DNA from: a virus
DNA length: 64,000 bases
Direction: 5' to 3' (one strand)
Virus record (IMG/VR): IMGVR_UViG_3300009702_000001
Coordinates: 1 to 64,000 of that record
Shown here: in pieces, positions 23,085 through 31,891 of the stretch
How the letters are laid out: each line of letters starts with the position of its first letter
Position numbering within the stretch: the stretch's first letter is position 1
Notes under the pieces: generated by a model
The model's database searches: none
Told to the model about the DNA's origin: nothing
Seen by the model: only the letters and a program-made list of their open reading frames with translations
Made by a program: the position numbers and the translations under genes

Positions 23085-23516
23085 TCAAAACGTTATGCCT
23101 TCCCCGTTGCCGAATCTTACATTTATGCGCCCATGTTCATCAATGTCAACCTTGCTATGAACAACCGTCATTGACCCCGAGCCCCAATCAACCGCGTTGA
23201 AATGACGGTTGACCCGAGCCCGGCGCCGCTCCCGTCTTGAAACGCGCCGCAACGCCTTCCCCCTTGCGCGGACATAGGCTCGGGTCAAATCCCCCTCGGG
23301 GTCCGGGAACGCTTCCCCCATACGTTGCCGGAAAGCGGCTTCAACTGTCCCCTGGGAAGCGTTCCGTTCTATCCCGAGGGTTTGCCAGGGGTCGGACGTA
23401 AGGCGCCGCAACGCCCGTTTCCGGGCGTTTATGATGGGGCATTCATCTTCCGCCATTTCCCAAAGCAAATCCGCGCAACGGGTCCGACAATAGGCATGTT
23501 GGGGGGGCGCGTTCAA
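23085..23516 (-). CDS. J-domain-like protein (HPD replaced by FPD)
   Basis: DPWQTLGIERNASQGTVEAAFRQRMGEAFPDPEGD aligns by eye with DnaJ D.Y..LGV...AS..EIKKAYRKLA..YHPD. The start is TTG (an alternative ATG is at 23456). Confidence 0.45.
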   Translation of the reverse strand: MNAPPQHAYCRTRCADLLWEMAEDECPIINARKRALRRLTSDPWQTLGIERNASQGTVEAAFRQRMGEAFPDPEGDLTRAYVRARGKALRRVSRRERRRARVNRHFNAVDWGSGSMTVVHSKVDIDEHGRINVRFGNGEGITF

Positions 23517-23519
23517 CCG

Positions 23520-23744
23520 TCAAACCCCTGCCGGAATTCCCGGAACGGCAAAACGTTCCCGGATTGCTCGGACTTCATCCATATCTTCAAGCAAGACTTC
23601 CCCGGTTGTGTAAACCGAATCCCCTTCAACATCCGCAATGTCAACGTCTTCATAGACCTTGACTTCATAGGGTTCCAAGGTATCGTTTACATGCCCTTCG
23701 AGGGTTACCGTTTTGTCCGTTAGGTTGTTGACCCTGATTGCCAT
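23520..23744 (-). CDS. hypothetical protein
   Basis: 74-aa acidic ORF with an ATG start. Confidence 0.55.
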   Translation of the reverse strand: MAIRVNNLTDKTVTLEGHVNDTLEPYEVKVYEDVDIADVEGDSVYTTGEVLLEDMDEVRAIRERFAVPGIPAGV

Positions 23745-23753
23745 TGTTTGCCC

Positions 23754-25232
23754 CTAGTACAAAGGTCCAAGCGTTCCGCCGAACCCGTCTTGGGAAGGGG
23801 TCAACGAAGCCGGCCAGGACCCCGAAGAAACCCCTTCCTGGGAATAGTCGTTTACCGTTCCGGTCAACGTTGGAAGTTGTTTCAGATACGCGGACGTTCC
23901 CCGCTTCAATTCCAAAACACTTCCGGGAATGCCGGCCGAATTACCGTGCAATCCGTCAATGACCGTTGCCCCCCCCGGGTTGTTCAACCTGATTCCATTG
24001 TCCCCCAATGACTTTTCAATGAACATTTCAACAATGGTATTGTAAGCGTTCCCAAGAATCAATCCTGGGCTATCTGCCGAGTAAAGGTCCAAAGCATCAA
24101 TGTATAAACCCCCAAGATAATGAATCCCGAGCCAAGTTGAAAGCTTTAACAAACAATTTAATTGAAGGTTCACAAAGCCGTCAATGATAAATACCCCGTT
24201 TCTATTTGCCATAGAGTTAATCCGACAATTGCCGGTTATATAAGTGTCCCAACCCGCGTCATCATCCCCAGCAATCAGAAACGAAACGACAAAACCATAA
24301 ATGGCATTATCAAACCCATCCCCTCTATTCACAATCGGGTCAACGTTTATATTGCTATCACTAAACAAAACGCCCCTTCCCCCTGGATTCAATCGGACGC
24401 AACTCATTGTAGCGTTGACGTTTCTAAATTCAATTGCCGTCCCCTGAGAAATCATTGGGACAACATTGATAACCAAGCCCCCCAATGCGACCCTTGCCGG
24501 GTCATCCGAATAGTAGAAAAATGGGACCAATGCGTTCAAATCATCAACCAATTGCGTTTGACCAACCCGACTGAAACTGATTCCCCCGCCCGTCTTTGTG
24601 ATTGAAACGGGGGGTTCAATGATATCAAAATTGACCCCATTTTCCAGGGGGGAAGAACCGATTGAATTCTTGACAAGAATGATTGTATCTTCCGTGTTTT
24701 TGTAAATAGTTGAATACTGCCCGGCTCGGTATGTACTTTTATAGCTAACAAAGTAACCCCGGAATTCATCCGGGGTCCAACCCGCGCCGGCAACCGTTAT
24801 TGTTTCATAGCCCCTTTGCCAATTTGATTCAATGGCAGTTGCGGTAAACGTCCCGTCAATTACGGTATCATCCCCAACCCCTTCAAATAGAAGTTGTCCA
24901 ATGTCTTCATAAGCCCTTTCAACAACTGCCGGGAAATCATCGTATTCCCCTTTTTGGATTCTAATGTGAACGGTATGCCTAACGATGAATGGAACGTCTT
25001 GCAATGCCCTTTTAACTGTCTTGTATGGGTTTACTTCGGAGCCGTCCCCCGCTTCATCATGGCCTTCCGTTGAAACGTAAATATCAATATCTTCCCGCGT
25101 TGCACCTTGAAGCGATATGTTATCAAACATTCCGTTCAAAATCGGTTCAAGATTTTCGGGTCTATCTCCGGTGATATTCGATTGACCGTCAAAATGTCCC
25201 CTGGGAATACGTTCATTGTTTCCGATTGTCAT
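23754..25232 (-). CDS. right-handed beta-helix (pectate-lyase-like) tailspike/depolymerase-like protein
   Basis: ATG 25232 follows GGAG. N-terminal DIYVSTEGHDEAGDGSEVNPYKTVKRAL is typical of pectate-lyase-fold proteins, and the rest is Gly/Asn/Ile-rich and repetitive. Confidence 0.6.
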   Translation of the reverse strand: MTIGNNERIPRGHFDGQSNITGDRPENLEPILNGMFDNISLQGATREDIDIYVSTEGHDEAGDGSEVNPYKTVKRALQDVPFIVRHTVHIRIQKGEYDDFPAVVERAYEDIGQLLFEGVGDDTVIDGTFTATAIESNWQRGYETITVAGAGWTPDEFRGYFVSYKSTYRAGQYSTIYKNTEDTIILVKNSIGSSPLENGVNFDIIEPPVSITKTGGGISFSRVGQTQLVDDLNALVPFFYYSDDPARVALGGLVINVVPMISQGTAIEFRNVNATMSCVRLNPGGRGVLFSDSNINVDPIVNRGDGFDNAIYGFVVSFLIAGDDDAGWDTYITGNCRINSMANRNGVFIIDGFVNLQLNCLLKLSTWLGIHYLGGLYIDALDLYSADSPGLILGNAYNTIVEMFIEKSLGDNGIRLNNPGGATVIDGLHGNSAGIPGSVLELKRGTSAYLKQLPTLTGTVNDYSQEGVSSGSWPASLTPSQDGFGGTLGPLY

Positions 25233-25405
25233 TGTCTTTACTCCGGCCGTTGTTCCGTTTTTCAGGTTCCTAAAGTTGGGACCGGCCGGATTGGACAACC
25301 CGAGCGTTGGGGGAAGGGGGGAAGGTTCGGGCAACCAACGGAAGAACCGTCCCCGGCCGGTCCCGCCTAAAATCTATCGGGTTCCGACTTGCAAAGCTAT
25401 GTTTT

Positions 25406-25915
25406 TCACCCGGGCTCCGGCTCGGGCTCCGGGTCCGCGCCCCTTTGGGCTTTCGCATTTTCCGCCAATTCATGTTGAAGGTCTGCCCGGTCCGGGTCAA
25501 TTCCGTGGCATTGAAATATAGCAACGGAAACGGCAAGACACTTTTGACACATTGCAAGGGCAAACATTTTATCAAGCCGGTCCATTGTAAAGGCTTGTTG
25601 CGCTTTGGTTGTTCCATTGCAAACGGAACAGTTGATATCAAAAGCATGAAACCCCCCGCAATGTCCGCATTGAAACATCTTGGGGGGTTGGTCCGCTTGA
25701 AGCGTCTTGAATAATCCCTTGATTACTTCATCAAAAGCCTTGACCTTTTCGGGGTCAAGATTTTGCAACTGTTCCGCAAGCGTTGAAGCGGTAACGGGAT
25801 TGACCCCTTTAACGGGTTCCTTCGGGGGCTCGGGCAATGCTTCCGTCTTTCCGCTCGGAAGAACCTTGAACCGTTGGACAGTTTGCGGCTTGTTAGTCTT
25901 CTTCTTTTTTGTCAT
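25406..25915 (-). CDS. Cys-rich hypothetical protein
   Basis: Internal ATG 25915 (MTKKKKTNKPQ...). Contains CGHCGG...CSVC...CQKC. Confidence 0.55.
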   Translation of the reverse strand: MTKKKKTNKPQTVQRFKVLPSGKTEALPEPPKEPVKGVNPVTASTLAEQLQNLDPEKVKAFDEVIKGLFKTLQADQPPKMFQCGHCGGFHAFDINCSVCNGTTKAQQAFTMDRLDKMFALAMCQKCLAVSVAIFQCHGIDPDRADLQHELAENAKAQRGADPEPEPEPG

Positions 25916-26201
25916 CGTTTCGCAACTCCGGGGGAACATATCGGGCAACCTTTGTCTTGACCCGTTCAACGGTCTTGAATGACAATTCACCGTCAACGGC
26001 TTCAATGTATGCCGAGCCCGGTTCAACGCCCGTAATGTCCCCGGCAAGGTCAAGGGCTTTTTGCATTGCCCAATTATATGCCGCGTCTCTGTTGTCCCTG
26101 GCAAGGGAAGCAAACGCGGAATTCAGGTCAAAGCAACGGACGCAATCCCCGCCCCCGTCAACCCCGCTATCAAGCGGACATTTACAGGTTAGACAACACA
26201 T
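25893..26201 (-). CDS. Cys-rich hypothetical protein
   Basis: ATG 26201 overlaps the upstream TGA by 1 nt. Begins MCCLTCKCP... Confidence 0.5.
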   Translation of the reverse strand: MCCLTCKCPLDSGVDGGGDCVRCFDLNSAFASLARDNRDAAYNWAMQKALDLAGDITGVEPGSAYIEAVDGELSFKTVERVKTKVARYVPPELRNDDKKEED

Positions 26202-26740
26202 CAATCTTTGACCTTCAACTTTCGCGTTGGGATAGGAACGTCTTGCATCAATTCCAAATAGTCATACTTTCCTTCAAGGGCTTCTTCAACTGAAACCTGA
26301 TTTTCTGAAATCCCAATGCGCTTGTTGTTAAAAAAGAAGATATGGGAAGGGGCCGTTGCCTTTCCTCGGATGAAATCATAACCTTCCCGAGTAGGCTTGA
26401 CAACTGTTTCCCCTTCGGCATCTTCGGCAACGGTAATGAAGTCCCAATATTCTAGGTTCATAAATTGCGGGTTTCTTCCTGCCGGAATATCCGGAACGGG
26501 TCCCCAATCTTTTGATTCGAGATAACGCCCAACCAAGACAATCAATCGGGCAACAATAACCGGGGCAAGTTTCCGATGATAAGCCTTGACCACCCGGCCG
26601 CATAATGGGCAATCGCAACCGTCCCCCATTTCCAGACAATCAACAACGTCTTGTTGCGCGTCCTGAAGGGATTGCCCCTCGGGACATTCCGGAAAACATG
26701 AAAGGTCAACTTCAACCATCTTGATTTTTTTTCTTGGCAT
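26201..26740 (-). CDS. hypothetical protein (zinc ribbon CDCPLCG)
   Basis: Start moved to ATG 26740 (MPRKKIK...), because the ORF-track N-terminus would overlap tRNA-Glu. Confidence 0.55.
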   Translation of the reverse strand: MPRKKIKMVEVDLSCFPECPEGQSLQDAQQDVVDCLEMGDGCDCPLCGRVVKAYHRKLAPVIVARLIVLVGRYLESKDWGPVPDIPAGRNPQFMNLEYWDFITVAEDAEGETVVKPTREGYDFIRGKATAPSHIFFFNNKRIGISENQVSVEEALEGKYDYLELMQDVPIPTRKLKVKD

Positions 26741-26773
26741 TGTTCGGGCTCCAAACTCTCTGGTTTTCAATAA

Positions 26774-26845
26774 TGACCCCAACGGGATTTGAACCCGTAT
26801 CGCCGGCGTGAAAGGCCAGTGTCCTAACCGTTGAACGATGGGGCC
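26774..26845 (-). tRNA. tRNA-Glu (anticodon TTC)
   Basis: Folded by hand: 7-bp acceptor GGCCCCA/TGGGGTC, anticodon stem CTGGC/GCCGG with loop CTTTCAC, T-arm ACGGG TTCAAAT CCCGT. 72 nt. Confidence 0.9.
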
Positions 26846-27001
26846 GAAAGTCCCGACTTGCCCCGCGTCTTGGCATCAACAAGACGGAAGGTTCCCTTTG
26901 ATGCGTCCCGAGCCGGGCAACGGGAAAGGGTCTAGGGGTTCATAAATTTAGCATGGGCTTCCTTCCTTTCGTTGTTGCGGATTACTACCATCCCCACACT
27001 A

Positions 27002-27072
27002 TTCGGGGGCCGGGATTTGAACCCGGGATATCGGAGTCAAAGTCCGAGGTTTTACCGCTAGACTACCCCCGA
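27002..27072 (-). tRNA. tRNA-Gln (anticodon TTG)
   Basis: Acceptor TCGGGGG/CCCCCGA (U1-A72), anticodon stem TCGGA/TCCGA with loop CTTTGAC, T-arm CCGGG TTCAAAT CCCGG. 71 nt, with one D-stem mismatch. Confidence 0.85.
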
Positions 27073-27076
27073 GCGT

Positions 27077-27160
27077 TGCCGGGTCCGGGAGTCGAACCCG
27101 GAAGGTATTTCTACCACTTAATTTTGAGTCAAGTGCGTTTACCGATTTCGCCAACCCGGC
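27077..27160 (-). tRNA. tRNA-Leu (anticodon CAA), class II with long variable arm
   Basis: Acceptor GCCGGGT/ACCCGGC, anticodon loop CTCAAAA, long variable arm, T-arm with GGTTCGACTCC. 84 nt. Confidence 0.9.
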
Positions 27161-27402
27161 TTAAACGTCTTTCGCGTTGATTTAAAATCAAACATATTCA
27201 TCAACACCGTTCGTTGATGAAACCTCAATTCAGCTTTACTAACTGTCTTGCCGTATGCCAACGCGCCGCAACGGCAACGAAGCTTGACCAGTTTGCAAAC
27301 CTCTTTTGTTCCGTCGTTGAACTCCAATAGATGAAACCCTTTGGAGTACATAGGGCGCCGGCCGCAAACTTGACAAACGATTCTTACATTAACCCCGGCC
27401 AT
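27139..27402 (-). CDS. zinc-ribbon protein
   Basis: ATG 27402. Contains CQVCG...CRCG. Its 3' end overlaps tRNA-Leu by 22 nt. Confidence 0.5.
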   Translation of the reverse strand: MAGVNVRIVCQVCGRRPMYSKGFHLLEFNDGTKEVCKLVKLRCRCGALAYGKTVSKAELRFHQRTVLMNMFDFKSTRKTFKPGWRNR

Positions 27403-27718
27403 TGTCAACACCTAATATACTAATGTGCCAAGCATCCAATTGTTCCGACTTATCAACGGGCTTGACGTTCGTTTCATATTCGGGCATACTTCGGACCCCT
27501 TCAACGATTGCTTCCCCGAGTTTTTCGAGCAATCGCAAACCGGCATATTGGGCGCCTTCAAGACTCGAATAGACCTTGTCCGATACCCTGGACCCAACCT
27601 TGAATCGGAACCCCCGTCCGCTCGGGTCCGGATAGCAATACAACTGAACCGGCCCGAAGTTGATAAAGGCAACATCATTGACCGGACATTTCCAGGTTTT
27701 CGGCTCTTTTACCTGCAT
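27389..27718 (-). CDS. hypothetical protein
   Basis: 109-aa ORF with an ATG start. Confidence 0.55.
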   Translation of the reverse strand: MQVKEPKTWKCPVNDVAFINFGPVQLYCYPDPSGRGFRFKVGSRVSDKVYSSLEGAQYAGLRLLEKLGEAIVEGVRSMPEYETNVKPVDKSEQLDAWHISILGVDNGRG

Positions 27719-27721
27719 TGC

Positions 27722-27883
27722 TCAATCAAGGATGATTTGGCGCGGGGGCGCCCTAAAAACTTCCCGCAACCTTGGGCGCAAATCCCTTTCAACTTCTTCC
27801 CGGGAGCGTTCAAGTATTCGGTCAACTTCTTCCGGGGTAATAGTTGATTCGCGTTCCTGTTCTTTGTCCCGTTCCTCGGTCAT
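27722..27883 (-). CDS. small charged protein (53 aa, MTEERDKEQERESTITPEEV...)
   Basis: Below the ORF-track cutoff. It sits 3 nt after the upstream stop and 3 nt before the next ATG. Confidence 0.45.
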   Translation of the reverse strand: MTEERDKEQERESTITPEEVDRILERSREEVERDLRPRLREVFRAPPRQIILD

Positions 27884-27886
27884 TGT

Positions 27887-28063
27887 TCAAGCCGCTTTCA
27901 TCGGAAGCATTACCACGGCATACCGCGTCCGGCCGCGCCGGTCAATCCGAACGGGGCGCGTTGGTTCCAACCCGCGCCGCGCCGCGTCCCGGAGGAAACG
28001 CCTTGCCCGATGACTCGGCAGGATAAAGACCCGTTCATCCGACTTCTTTGCTAGGTTTTCCAT
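27887..28063 (-). CDS. small basic protein (58 aa, MENLAKKSDERVFILPSHRARRFLRDAARRG...)
   Basis: Below the ORF-track cutoff. Its ATG overlaps the end of the upstream gene by 13 nt. Confidence 0.45.
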   Translation of the reverse strand: MENLAKKSDERVFILPSHRARRFLRDAARRGLEPTRPVRIDRRGRTRYAVVMLPMKAA

Positions 28064-28347
28064 GATTTCACGGCTTTCGATAATTCCTTATCATATTGGT
28101 CAATATTTAGTGAAACTTCATCGGTTGGGGCTCCCCGGCAGACTGCCCGGATATACTCCCCGGCATGTAATCGGTCCCGGGAGCATAACACAACGGCCGA
28201 AATTTTCCCCCGGGTCCCGTCATAGCGTCCGACAGTAATAGACCAATCGGCGTGAATCCGAGCCCAACGGATGCCGCTTGACATTAGGTATTGGACAGAA
28301 TGCCCGAAGAAATGAAGCCTTCCGGGGTCTAGCGTCCCGTTTGGCAT
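28051..28347 (-). CDS. hypothetical protein
   Basis: The 240-aa ORF-track call overlaps the better 28397..28879 gene. ATG 28347 (MPNGTLDPGRLHFFGH...) was chosen, and a 10-bp hairpin lies just upstream. Confidence 0.45.
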   Translation of the reverse strand: MPNGTLDPGRLHFFGHSVQYLMSSGIRWARIHADWSITVGRYDGTRGKISAVVLCSRDRLHAGEYIRAVCRGAPTDEVSLNIDQYDKELSKAVKSWKT

Positions 28348-28396
28348 GGACCTAATATCCCAGGGGGGCAGGACTTCCGCGCCCCCCTGGGGGCCG

Positions 28397-28879
28397 TTAC
28401 GGGCTTCCTGGGGGGTCTTCTTCGGCGCCTTGCTCCCCGGGCTCGGGGTCGCCTTCAACTTCAACCGTTTCCGTTTCTTCGGCATCGGGTTCAATAATAC
28501 CCTCGGGCTCTGAATCCGTAAGGTATTTTTCAAAAGCCGCGTCCGTTTCCTCGGTTGGCTTCCGGGGGCCGTTTTCATCGGGGTCCGGCAGGGACGCAAG
28601 CCGGACCGCTTCCGCCATTTGAAGCGTTGCCGCTTGCGCTCGGGCTTCTTCAGAGTCTTGCGCCCGGATAGCAACCCCAACAACAAAATTGACAATGCTT
28701 TCATGCAAGACAAAGCGGTAAACAGAACCTTCCGCGTATGGCTCCCCTTCCCAAACAAGGTTTGTCTTGTCAATCATACGCTTCAACCGCACCTTGAATT
28801 CACGGAAGTCTTGCATGACCCTTTTCTTTGGGTTATTGGTCCGGCGTTTCGGTTTCCCTTTTGCGTTCTTCTTTGGCAT
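28397..28879 (-). CDS. hypothetical protein (basic N-terminus, acidic PEP-rich C-terminus)
   Basis: ATG 28879 (MPKKNAKGKPKRR...) overlaps the upstream TAA by 1 nt. Confidence 0.55.
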   Translation of the reverse strand: MPKKNAKGKPKRRTNNPKKRVMQDFREFKVRLKRMIDKTNLVWEGEPYAEGSVYRFVLHESIVNFVVGVAIRAQDSEEARAQAATLQMAEAVRLASLPDPDENGPRKPTEETDAAFEKYLTDSEPEGIIEPDAEETETVEVEGDPEPGEQGAEEDPPGSP

Positions 28880-29355
28880 TACCAATCCCCGTTGTCTTCT
28901 TCCGCGTCCATAATATATTTTGTCTTGACCCCTATATCCCGCAACTGCAGTTCAAGACGGTCCGCGTTTTCCTCGGGGTCCGAGCAACCAACCTTTACAA
29001 TCATACTATTCCCAATGTGGAGCGTCTTGACTTCCCAATTCGGGATTGAAGGGTCAACAACTATTCCAACCGATTCGTTGATGATATAGAAGTCAACCGG
29101 AGTCCGATTCATTTCGGTTTGGTATAGAAAATGATTCCCAACAACCATTCTGAAACCGTTTTCCAATACTCCCCAAACGAATTTATGCGCGTCAACTTCC
29201 GGAGTCCGGACGGGAATTCCGTAACCTTGAAGGGCTCGGACAATGTATTCCGAACCAACGGCAAACGCTTCCGCGCATTCATCAATGGTATTCCAGTCCG
29301 GGGGAAGTTTTGTTGGACCCCAATAAAGGGTTTCCAATTCGGCACGTTTAATCAT
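28879..29355 (-). CDS. hypothetical protein
   Basis: 158-aa ORF with ATGA coupling to UDG. Confidence 0.6.
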   Translation of the reverse strand: MIKRAELETLYWGPTKLPPDWNTIDECAEAFAVGSEYIVRALQGYGIPVRTPEVDAHKFVWGVLENGFRMVVGNHFLYQTEMNRTPVDFYIINESVGIVVDPSIPNWEVKTLHIGNSMIVKVGCSDPEENADRLELQLRDIGVKTKYIMDAEEDNGDW

Positions 29356-29948
29356 CGGCCGGCAATCCTTTTTGCTAGGGCAAGACGGTCAATGGTTGCC
29401 CTGTCCATTGAAGCGGAACGTTGCCGAATAAGATACGCCGGATGATAGACCGGGATAACCCGAGCCGTATGAACGTCCCCCAGGTCCCAACGGAATACCT
29501 TGCTTGACATTGAACGCATTGACTTGTCTGTTTCAAGTAACCATTGCGCCGGAACATTACCCGCGCAAACAATAACGCTTGGTTTTATTATTTCAATTGT
29601 GCGTTGAAGCCGGGGCCAACATGAACGCAACTCGGGCTTCTTCGGGTTCCTGTTTCCTGGGGGTCTACAAAGAACGGTATTGGTAATGAACGCCCGGTCA
29701 ATGCCGGCTTCAATGGCAAGCCGGTTCAACTTTGCGCCGGCCCTTCCTACAAATGGGATTCCCTGTTCATCTTCATCGGCGCCCGGGGCTTCCCCGAGCA
29801 ACATGATTCCCCCCGGGTCCGGGTCCCCTTCCATCCGAAACCATACTTGACTGATTCTAGCCCGGCATAATTCGCAATCCGCGCAACCCGTCCAATCGGA
29901 AACAAGGTCATTCAAATCTTCAAGGATGGTATCAACGTCCGTTGTCAT
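29352..29948 (-). CDS. udg: uracil-DNA glycosylase, family 4
   Basis: [20 protein letters not shown] motif, N-terminal Cys cluster (CADCELC) and HPAYL near the C-terminus. Confidence 0.85.
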   Translation of the reverse strand: MTTDVDTILEDLNDLVSDWTGCADCELCRARISQVWFRMEGDPDPGGIMLLGEAPGADEDEQGIPFVGRAGAKLNRLAIEAGIDRAFITNTVLCRPPGNRNPKKPELRSCWPRLQRTIEIIKPSVIVCAGNVPAQWLLETDKSMRSMSSKVFRWDLGDVHTARVIPVYHPAYLIRQRSASMDRATIDRLALAKRIAGR

Positions 29949-30148
29949 TTTTTCCGCCTTTGAATCAATAGGTATGCCATACGGCCGGCAACTTCTTCCA
30001 TGCCGAAGAATCCAGTTTCAGAAACGGCATAAATCAAACAAGCGGCATGGGTCCAACGGTCTTCATCGGGGCAGTAAAGAAGCCTTGACCCCGAGTTACC
30101 GCAGAAAACGCAACGCTTCTTCAACAACTTCCTTGAATGCTTTTTCAT
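29945..30148 (-). CDS. small Cys/His-rich protein
   Basis: 67 aa with CVFCG...C...H..C, and ATGA coupling. Confidence 0.5.
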   Translation of the reverse strand: MKKHSRKLLKKRCVFCGNSGSRLLYCPDEDRWTHAACLIYAVSETGFFGMEEVAGRMAYLLIQRRKK

Positions 30149-30390
30149 ACCTTGCGCCCGGCCGAAAAAGTTTCAAACAACGGGTTTGCTATTTCCAACG
30201 CTTCAAGTAATGTCGTGGCAACAAAAACATACCCAAGAATCATAACGGTCCAAGTCCCTTTCCCTTCCTTGGAATAGCAAACTTGAACAGGGTAATCAAT
30301 TCCAACTGAAAAGACCTTCAACAACCGGACGGCTTGCGCCGCTTCAAAAACTTCCCGGGTCAACTCCGGGTCAATCTTCACCGTTGTCAT
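30145..30390 (-). CDS. hypothetical protein
   Basis: 81-aa ORF with ATGA coupling. Confidence 0.5.
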   Translation of the reverse strand: MTTVKIDPELTREVFEAAQAVRLLKVFSVGIDYPVQVCYSKEGKGTWTVMILGYVFVATTLLEALEIANPLFETFSAGRKV

Positions 30391-31340
30391 TTGTGCAACT
30401 TCCTAAGCAAGTCAAGCCGCGTTTCGCATTCATGCAACTCGGCGCGTTCAAGGGCAAGGATGAATTCATCTTCATCATAGTTGCCCCGAAAAAATTTGAC
30501 CGGCCAAACGTCATAGAGTTGGGTCAACTGCCGGGTCTTGTGAACGGTCCAAGGTTCTTCCATTACCCCGCGCAATTTTTTGACGGGTCCCTTTTTCCCC
30601 TCGGGGAAAAATTGGGTTGCTTCTTTTACAACGTTCTTTGAATTGACTTCCGGCAACCAATCGGCAAGGGGAGTTTCATCTTCCCCGAGGATAGCAGGGA
30701 CAAGCCGGGGCCAACGCTTGACCCAATCGCAAGCCGTCTTCATTCCAACCCCTGAGATACCGGGGACCCCATCCCCCGAGCAACCGGCAACCGCCATTGC
30801 TTGCCCGTATTGTTCCGGGGTCAATCCGTATTCCCGTTCAAAACGTTTTGCCGAAAGCAAGACTTCCCCGTCCCGCTTTGAAAGCAACTGATAAATACCC
30901 CGCCCAAGGGCTTGATACATATCATGGTCATTGGAAACAATCAGGGCTTTCCCCTCGGAACGTTTTGCCAGGGTAAACAGAACGTCATCCCCTTCATCCC
31001 CCGGCCGTCTTGCTTGCCGGACTCCGGTTAATTTCAGGAAGAAACGCAAGGTCTGTAAATGGTCAAGGTACAATTCCGCTTCATCCCAATCTTCTTTTTT
31101 GTCCCGCCTTTCGGCTTTGTATTCGGGGTCAATCTTCCGGCGCCTTGTGTTCCCCGCGTCCCAACATACAATGACGGTCCCTTTGTATTCATCTTTCAGG
31201 TTCGCAAGCCCGAGCAAGAAACCATGAGTCAATCCGGTTCGCACAATGCGCCCATCAACATGGGACAATAACTCTTTATGGACGGCAAAAAATTTTCGCG
31301 CCCAATAGTTACCGTCAATCAGTATCCTGTCAAATTCCAT
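30387..31340 (-). CDS. 5'-3' exonuclease / flap endonuclease (PIN plus H3TH)
   Basis: ILIDGNYWARKFF, VCWDAGNTRRRKIDPEYKAERR, LIVSNDHDMYQAL and GDGVPGISGVGMKTA. Confidence 0.85.
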   Translation of the reverse strand: MEFDRILIDGNYWARKFFAVHKELLSHVDGRIVRTGLTHGFLLGLANLKDEYKGTVIVCWDAGNTRRRKIDPEYKAERRDKKEDWDEAELYLDHLQTLRFFLKLTGVRQARRPGDEGDDVLFTLAKRSEGKALIVSNDHDMYQALGRGIYQLLSKRDGEVLLSAKRFEREYGLTPEQYGQAMAVAGCSGDGVPGISGVGMKTACDWVKRWPRLVPAILGEDETPLADWLPEVNSKNVVKEATQFFPEGKKGPVKKLRGVMEEPWTVHKTRQLTQLYDVWPVKFFRGNYDEDEFILALERAELHECETRLDLLRKLHK

Positions 31341-31378
31341 TTATCCATGCTCCCGCAATCAAAAAAAATGAATGACTT

Positions 31379-31624
31379 TCATTCGTGTTTAGTACCAACC
31401 GAAAAATCCCTTTTTGAAATTGTAATTGACCCATATAGCAACGGGCAAAAATCGGGCGTTCTTACATATTCCGAATCTGCCCCTATCTTAGAAGCAAGTA
31501 TAACTTCTTCATCAACGGCAGGATGAAGACATACCATGAACCCTCCAATGCCTCTATACAAGGGGCATTCAACGCAATTGTCGTCTTCAAGAATAAGATT
31601 GAAACTTGCCGACAAATTTTCCAT
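31379..31624 (-). CDS. hypothetical Cys-containing protein
   Basis: 81-aa ORF with an ATG start. Confidence 0.5.
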   Translation of the reverse strand: MENLSASFNLILEDDNCVECPLYRGIGGFMVCLHPAVDEEVILASKIGADSEYVRTPDFCPLLYGSITISKRDFSVGTKHE

Positions 31625-31669
31625 TTTCTTACCTCCTTGTCCGAGACCCCAAGCGAAAAACTTGAATGT

Positions 31670-31891
31670 TCATATTCTGTTCCAAAGTGATTCAAGTTTG
31701 TCAAACTGTTTCGGACTTAGGAACGCGGACCCGTGTTCCTTCCGCGCCCGTTCAAAGTGTTCATCAATGTCAAGGATGAAGTTGCGTTCCCAATCGTTGA
31801 AGCCCGGTCCCCCGCGTTCCTTGGCAATGGTCAAGACATTAACGCAATCATCCAACATGGACCGGACGGTTTCTTCATTCTGTTCCGTCAA
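31670..31891 (-). CDS. hypothetical protein
   Basis: 73 aa with a TTG start overlapping the RuvC-like stop (TTGA). An alternative ATG is at 31858. Confidence 0.45.
   Translation of the reverse strand: MTEQNEETVRSMLDDCVNVLTIAKERGGPGFNDWERNFILDIDEHFERARKEHGSAFLSPKQFDKLESLWNRI

Noticed and set aside
26774-27160. Possible suppressor tRNA in the tRNA cluster
   Set aside because: The hand-folded anticodons are UUC (Glu), UUG (Gln) and CAA (Leu). None is complementary to a stop codon.
26774-27160. The tRNA cluster as an integration site (attP) with a nearby integrase
   Set aside because: No tyrosine integrase or large serine integrase lies near the tRNAs. The only recombinase is a small resolvase/invertase-type enzyme 10 kb away.
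28051-28773. The 240-aa ORF-track call overlapping 28397..28879
   Set aside because: Its N-terminal two-thirds is Arg/Lys/Pro-rich and lies out of frame over the better gene 28397..28879. Only the C-terminal 98 codons from ATG 28347 look protein-like.
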